Positions 56,666 to 61,617 of a stretch of 61,617 nt of DNA are shown here, piece by piece (the first letter of the stretch is position 1; the number at the start of each line of letters is the position of its first letter). The stretch comes from a virus. Lineage: Duplodnaviria > Caudoviricetes. The translations under genes were made by a program, and so were the position numbers. Location: positions 1 to 61,617 of the IMG/VR virus record IMGVR_UViG_3300037755_000275. One strand, 5' to 3'. Under the pieces are notes generated by a model that worked only from the letters and a program-made list of their open reading frames with translations, had not been told where the DNA came from and made no database searches.

Positions 56666-57583
56666 CTATTTTTTCACCAACTTCACTACCTTGGCCCACT
56701 GCCGGTGAACCTCCCCTAAAGTCTCACGCTGTACTGCCTCTGCACGGCAAGCGCCGTCCCAAATGTCAGGGTCCCGTAAGTCGTTGATTTTGTCACGGAT
56801 AAGCCCCACCAGCACTGATGGTTCTAAGGCATCCAGCTCCCAGGACTCATCCCCGTACTTGTCAATGTAGGGGCCGGAGCGGGAGTCGGTCACCTTGGCC
56901 GGATTGGGCGGCGGGTTGTACTCCTGGACCTGATCCATGTTTAGGGCAATACGGTGGACAGTGATGTGCCAGGAGGCAGAATGCCCAGCGCAGAACAGCC
57001 GTAATCTGTCCCGGATATCCCTGGTCATGTCAATACCGGACGGATCGTGGTCCCCAAGGTGGATGATATGGCACTTACGTCCTTCTCTCTGGCAGTTGAC
57101 CAACCGCATAGCCGCCGACCACATTTCCGACTGTGACGTGTAGCCACGGCACGAAAAGTACGGTACGTCTTCAGCGCCACATACGCCTTGGATCACGCCG
57201 ACCAGGGCGTCTTTCTCAATCCACACTTCCACGTAGTTGGGTTGCTCGGCCCATTTGTTGATCTGGTAGGCACGGGCACAGGACTCAATGATGGACTGAG
57301 GAGACGACCAATGGCCGTTCTGACGCATGTTACGGGTCCGGTCCACGATGTAGTCCCAGTCGATCAGGCCGGCCAACCGTGCATCGGAGACAACGCCGCC
57401 CAACTTCTTGTATTCCGCGTCCTTGTTGGGGATGAACCCGCGTGCCACAAATTGGTAGTACAGTTGGCGTAGGGTGAGATCAAATCCCTGGGCCGCGTAC
57501 TCCTCCAGGATCTCGTTGGCGGTAGTGATTGTGGCCAACCCGGCGGGGCTGAAGTTCTTATAGGTGTAGCAGATTTTGGGCAT
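56666..57583 (-). CDS. wHTH + TOPRIM protein (topoisomerase VI-A/Spo11-like)
   Basis: TLRQLYY, VEVWIEKDAL, RGY, GDHDPSG, WELDAL. Confidence 0.85.
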   Translation of the reverse strand: MPKICYTYKNFSPAGLATITTANEILEEYAAQGFDLTLRQLYYQFVARGFIPNKDAEYKKLGGVVSDARLAGLIDWDYIVDRTRNMRQNGHWSSPQSIIESCARAYQINKWAEQPNYVEVWIEKDALVGVIQGVCGAEDVPYFSCRGYTSQSEMWSAAMRLVNCQREGRKCHIIHLGDHDPSGIDMTRDIRDRLRLFCAGHSASWHITVHRIALNMDQVQEYNPPPNPAKVTDSRSGPYIDKYGDESWELDALEPSVLVGLIRDKINDLRDPDIWDGACRAEAVQRETLGEVHRQWAKVVKLVKK

Positions 57584-57587
57584 TGAC

Positions 57588-60500
57588 TTACCACCTGTAC
57601 AGGTTTGGGAATTGGTCCTTGATCCTCTCCCACTGCCGACGCCGGAACCGCAATAGGGATACGTAATCCAGCCACAGCAAAGCCCGTCTCAACAGGGTGG
57701 GCCTCGATTCACCGGGCAGGGGTTCCGGCTCAGGCCATTGAGCTGGGGTTGTCATTTGACCACCACTTTCCAGTCGGCAGTCGGGAAGTGAACCTGTCCC
57801 TGGTGCTGTAGTTCCACCAGCCACGGCCATGCAACCCAGAACACATACACGGCCAGGCACCCGAACACAGCGGCTATCCCCAGCCGCCACAGGATCAGCA
57901 GTAGGCGTCCGATGTAGATGGAGGCCCGCCAGCCAAGGTACATCCCGGCAATGGCCAGGACCAGGATGATGAGAGAGAAAATGTCGAATGTCATCTCAGA
58001 TTTTCCTTTCCACATAAACATCTACTTCACGTCGTATCAGCAGTGCCTCTGACCCTTCATCCCAACGTAATATGAGTCTTGTGCCATGTGGCCAAGGGAC
58101 CATTTCTGGTGGAACGGTTATGAGATTAGTGCGCCTAATAGACCGAAAGGTGGTGGTGGCTATAAGCCTCTTCTCACGATGTTTACGCTGTCCTTTTTTC
58201 ATGCCGCCCTACCCACCGTCCCCCCATGAACCTTGTACATTTTCTCGGCTGTCCCCACAGGGTCCTTGGCATCAGCATTGTAGGCAACCGAAAGGCAAGT
58301 CTGCCACAGCTTTTGGTCATCCGGGTCTGTGTGGAGCCAGATCCAGGCTGTACAATCTTCCGGTTTCCCATCGCAGGATGCTGACCGCATAGCACGCTTG
58401 GAGGCTTCAGCCGTCGGCACACCCGATGCTGCAATCCTGTCCATGCGCTCCTTGTGGGCCTTCAGCGCCTTGCGGGTCACCCGGTCAGTGGTCTGGTAGT
58501 CGCGATTGTTGCCTAGACTCATGCCGCCATCCTGTTACTGATCGCCCACCTTAGAGCTGAATCAAAGTCCCTACCCCGTACCGCCTGCTTGGCCAACCCT
58601 CTGGCGTCACCCTGGCTCATTCCAAGGTTGACGAGGGTGGACTGGACTTCGGTCCGAAGTCTTTCTGGTACTTGTCTACGAGATCCTTGGCGCAGTGCAG
58701 GACTGTTGCTGGATTCTTTGCTGTAGCTGCTTTCAGGGCTGCTTGCAGAACCTCGTGCCTTAATCTCCTCAATAGCCCCAGGCACTTGGGACACGTTACT
58801 CTGTCCTGGTCCGTAGTGCCTATCTTGAATGGGTTTCGGGTGGGAAGTTCGCCGCACAACACAACTAGAACATAGCCCCACTTTCCTGGAGCCCTCATCC
58901 GCTTTCTTGTGGTCAGGTAATGCATACATCCCCCTGGATTTGGAGGCAGGCGGCCGGCGTGTGCCATGGACCGACGTTTGGGACGTGTGCCGTCCGGTTA
59001 GCCGCCTACGCCGGCCGCCCACCATGGAACGGCTCACGTATCGGGTGAGCCTGACCGCCCAGCCGGGGTGGATGAGGGCCAGCACAAGGCCCAGGACCCC
59101 GGCCAGGACTATGCACAGGATGGATAGGAATGTGGAGAGACGACCAGGGTGGGTCACTTGGACGCCCCCTTATTGACTTCCTCAGTGATTGCTCGTAGGC
59201 ATGGTGAAGTCGAACCACGATGCTCGTGCAGGCGACCAGTCAGCAAATAAAACACAGCGTTGTGAAGCGTAGTCACAGCATCACTGTTGACAGGTCTCTG
59301 GCTGGCTGCCTGGTAAGCACAGCGTTGAAGGATGCGGATGGCATCCTGTCGATCTTTCCATGTGTTCTTCATGTCCCCAGTATGCCCTCTCCCCATCCCC
59401 TGCTCCATCCATATCTCACCCTATTTGCGCGGCGCAAGATCACCTAGAAAGAGTAGTCGTGGTACTTCTCCCGCGTCCCGATCAGCAACCCATTTCCGGC
59501 CCGGTTCCGGTATCCCTTCTTGGTCGTCTGAAATACATGGACCTTGCCCTGGGGGTCAGCCTCATAGGCATAGTCCTGGTTCTCACTCATGCCATTGCTG
59601 TCGGTACGGGTAGCGTTGTCTTCCTGGACATGGACCTGGGTCCTGGTAACCCTGATGATTGTCCCAGCATGACGATCTGTCCAGCAGAGGATCGTAGCTC
59701 CCATGCCGACTTCCGGCGTAGTGCCAACTACCCGGCTGTAGATATGATTGATGACGCTTCCGGTTTCCGTGCCTGCTTTGAGCATTTGGTGTGCCCTCCT
59801 GTATCTAATTATGCCTTTCCAGTTCCACCAAACCAATAGGACTTTGGTCTCAATTTCTATGATTAAAACTACCTAGGGACTAGCCTAGGGTGCAGCCTTT
59901 TTGCGCCAGCGCCGTGGCATGTCCTGATCCCCTACCTTAGCCTCATGTTTCAGTTCCGCCAACGCCTTGGACACCATCTGGATAGCACACCCACGGCCAC
60001 AGGCAGCGTCGGCGTTGGGGTCGGCTGACAGGTCCTTGTAGTTCTCAGTGACATGGACCGGGCGCACTGTGATGGACTTGGGGGACGTGAACACGATATA
60101 CCAACCGTTGGCCTCAGCCTTGTCCGCGTCACAGTTGCCGCAGGATAGGACGGGTTTGGTTTCAATAGGCATCAGGATTTCCCCTTGTCAAAGTAGACCA
60201 ACAGTTTCTCCCTCGCGTCATCCCAAGCCTTTTGGGCCTTCTCGTGCTCCTTCCACAGTTTGGTAGGTACTTCCCTGACTGTGAAACTGGAGTCAGTAGC
60301 TTCGCTGAAGAAGTGTGTGTACCATTCATCGTGGTCTATACAGACACGGACAGTGCGGGATTTAATGGGCATGGCGGCCCTCCCATTCCGGTTTGGCTAC
60401 AGCTACATGGCCCTCCAAGGACATTACACAGCGCCAACGTGACCACACCCAGCGCCGACTCATGACACGGATAGGGTCACGGTGGGCACGCCGGAACAGC

Positions 60501-61282
60501 TTATCACTCAGCAGCATGTCCACGTAATAGGGGGATACAAAGTAGGCTATGGGCGTCCATATAGTCGGACCAACATCCACCCGATATTGCATCTTCCATT
60601 CTAGTAGTGCCCGGATGGTCATAGGGAGCCGGGACTTGAGCCGTACTGTCATCCCACGTCCCTCCATACTCCCAGCAGCTCGTAGGTCCTTTTGACGCGG
60701 CCCTTGAGATTGGGAATCCAGCGCTCCGGCCGGACAACTTTCTGGACCCGTTCATGCATGGACTTGGCCCCACGGGGCGTCCGCCTCCTGGTGCCCTTCC
60801 CTGTGATGCCAGGCCATTGGACACCCTGAGCCCGGCAGATCCGGCGTAGGTACTTTCTCATTGTTTCCTCCTTGGGGTTTGGGTCATTATCATGGCTCTA
60901 CCCGTGGCCAAGTTCTGGACACCTGAATGTGGCGATCATCTTTGGCTTTCTTCAAAGTCTCAGCGGGGCCAATGGTTAGCCAACAATGGGCCAGTTGTTT
61001 GGCGGCACCAAATTGAGCGCCAGACAGGCCACCCAGAGATTTGTTAGTGCGCTCTAGCGTGTCCTCCCCAAACTTTCCCCACCATTCCTGTCGTACCTCT
61101 TCCGGCTCACTGTCCAGTGGAATCGTGACACCGAGGTTGTCCCGCGTAATCTCCACGGCCATGACCTGTAAGGCTTGCTCATAGCCAGGACCTAGTCCGC
61201 CCATCTCAACAGACCAGATCACGTCCCCAGCATCCCAGTTGGCAATATGTTCCGCTGCCGTTTGTGCTGGCATCATGCTCAA
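57588..61282 (-). CDS. Run of small early-type hypothetical genes (e.g. 57752-58021, 58199-58522, 58519-59157, 59154-59408, 59444-59836, 59885-60172, 60172-60372, 60890-61282)
   Basis: Co-oriented ORFs, many coupled by overlapping stop/start codons. No family recognised except a RuvA-CTD-like tail in 58519-59157. Confidence 0.5.
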
Positions 61283-61339
61283 TACTCCTTCTTTATGGGG
61301 TTTGGGGCTGTCGTACTGACCAGCCCCCTGTCGTCAAAC

Positions 61340-61490
61340 TCAGTTGCCGTCCACGAACCGGGGACCCTGGGCACCCGTGGGCCGGTTGGAGTCCTCCGGG
61401 TACAGCTCATTCGACGGGACATGTTGATTCCCCACCCCAGCCGGAATAAACGGAGCCTGTGGCAGGTACTCCGTGCTCATCTCATTGTGG
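61340..61490 (-). CDS. Secreted collagen-like protein, 3' part (continues from 1-707)
   Basis: The ORF-track 86-aa ORF at 61340-61600 is in frame with the 1-707 ORF across the overlap. Confidence 0.85.
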
Positions 61491-61617
61491 CTGGACACGC
61501 CGTCGATGGAGATGGCCGTACCCATACCGATGAACTGTTGGGCCACGGTGTCCGTGTTGACAAACTGGCAGTAGAATCCACGGAACGCCCCTACCTCCAC
61601 CTGTTGGTCCGCCGCCG
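61491..61617. repeat. 127-bp direct repeat identical to 1-127
   Basis: Exact copy of the window start. Confidence 0.97.

Larger units (their letters stand above)
1604..59868. repeat. Dispersed AT-rich pseudo-palindrome TTTYTATGATTAAAA(C), about 14 copies
   Basis: Exact ATGATTAAAA at 1604, 5298, 11655, 32211, 35953(-), 42307, 49291(-), 59859. Variants at 15679, 19891, 22064, 46158(-), 53341, 56036. Confidence 0.9.

Noticed and set aside
1604-59868. Dispersed motif as a host Fur box
   Set aside because: It only partly resembles GATAATGATAATCATTATC, many copies are mid-gene, and Fur binding would not explain the skew flips. Not fully excluded.
2812-60465. Most plus-strand ORFs in the track (e.g. 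2812-3405, 23850-24668, 37959-38576)
   Set aside because: They are antisense shadows of well-supported minus-strand genes in GC-rich DNA, with no RBS or motifs.
61491-61617. 127-bp terminal repeat as a biological direct terminal repeat
   Set aside because: The length equals a common assembler k-mer and the repeat falls mid-gene, so it is best read as circular overlap.

Overview
This window is a complete circular dsDNA virus genome of about 61,490 bp. Bases 1-127 repeat exactly at 61491-61617, and a collagen-like gene missed by the ORF track reads through that junction. About 95% of genes are on the minus strand. The left half is a replication/metabolism module: a split family A DNA polymerase (UDG + 3'-5' exonuclease gene and a separate polymerase gene), ThyX, ERCC4 nuclease, AAA ATPase, DinG helicase, D5-like SF3 helicase, Gp157-like protein, serine resolvase, MazG-like protein, a glycosyltransferase-methyltransferase and a sulfotransferase-like protein. 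ParB-like and TOPRIM genes lie at the right end. The ~25 kb virion module (26.3-51 kb) has no recognisable HK97 capsid, portal, terminase, tape measure or tail genes, and no packaging ATPase. It instead encodes five related beta-rich putative single-jelly-roll capsid genes (one an internal tandem duplication), about 11 C-terminally anchored membrane proteins with a G-hydrophobic-G motif, three Arg/Lys-rich proteins punctuated by RRNP motifs, a transglutaminase-like cysteine protease, and spike-like proteins with signal peptides. I infer a tailless, internal-membrane (Varidnaviria-like) bacterial virus. The most striking unexplained signal is a dispersed AT-rich pseudo-palindrome, TTTYTATGATTAAAA(C), with about 14 copies mostly 3-4 kb apart. 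At most copies the plus strand flips from C-rich to G-rich, even inside genes. All protein calls come from motif recognition by eye, with no database searches.
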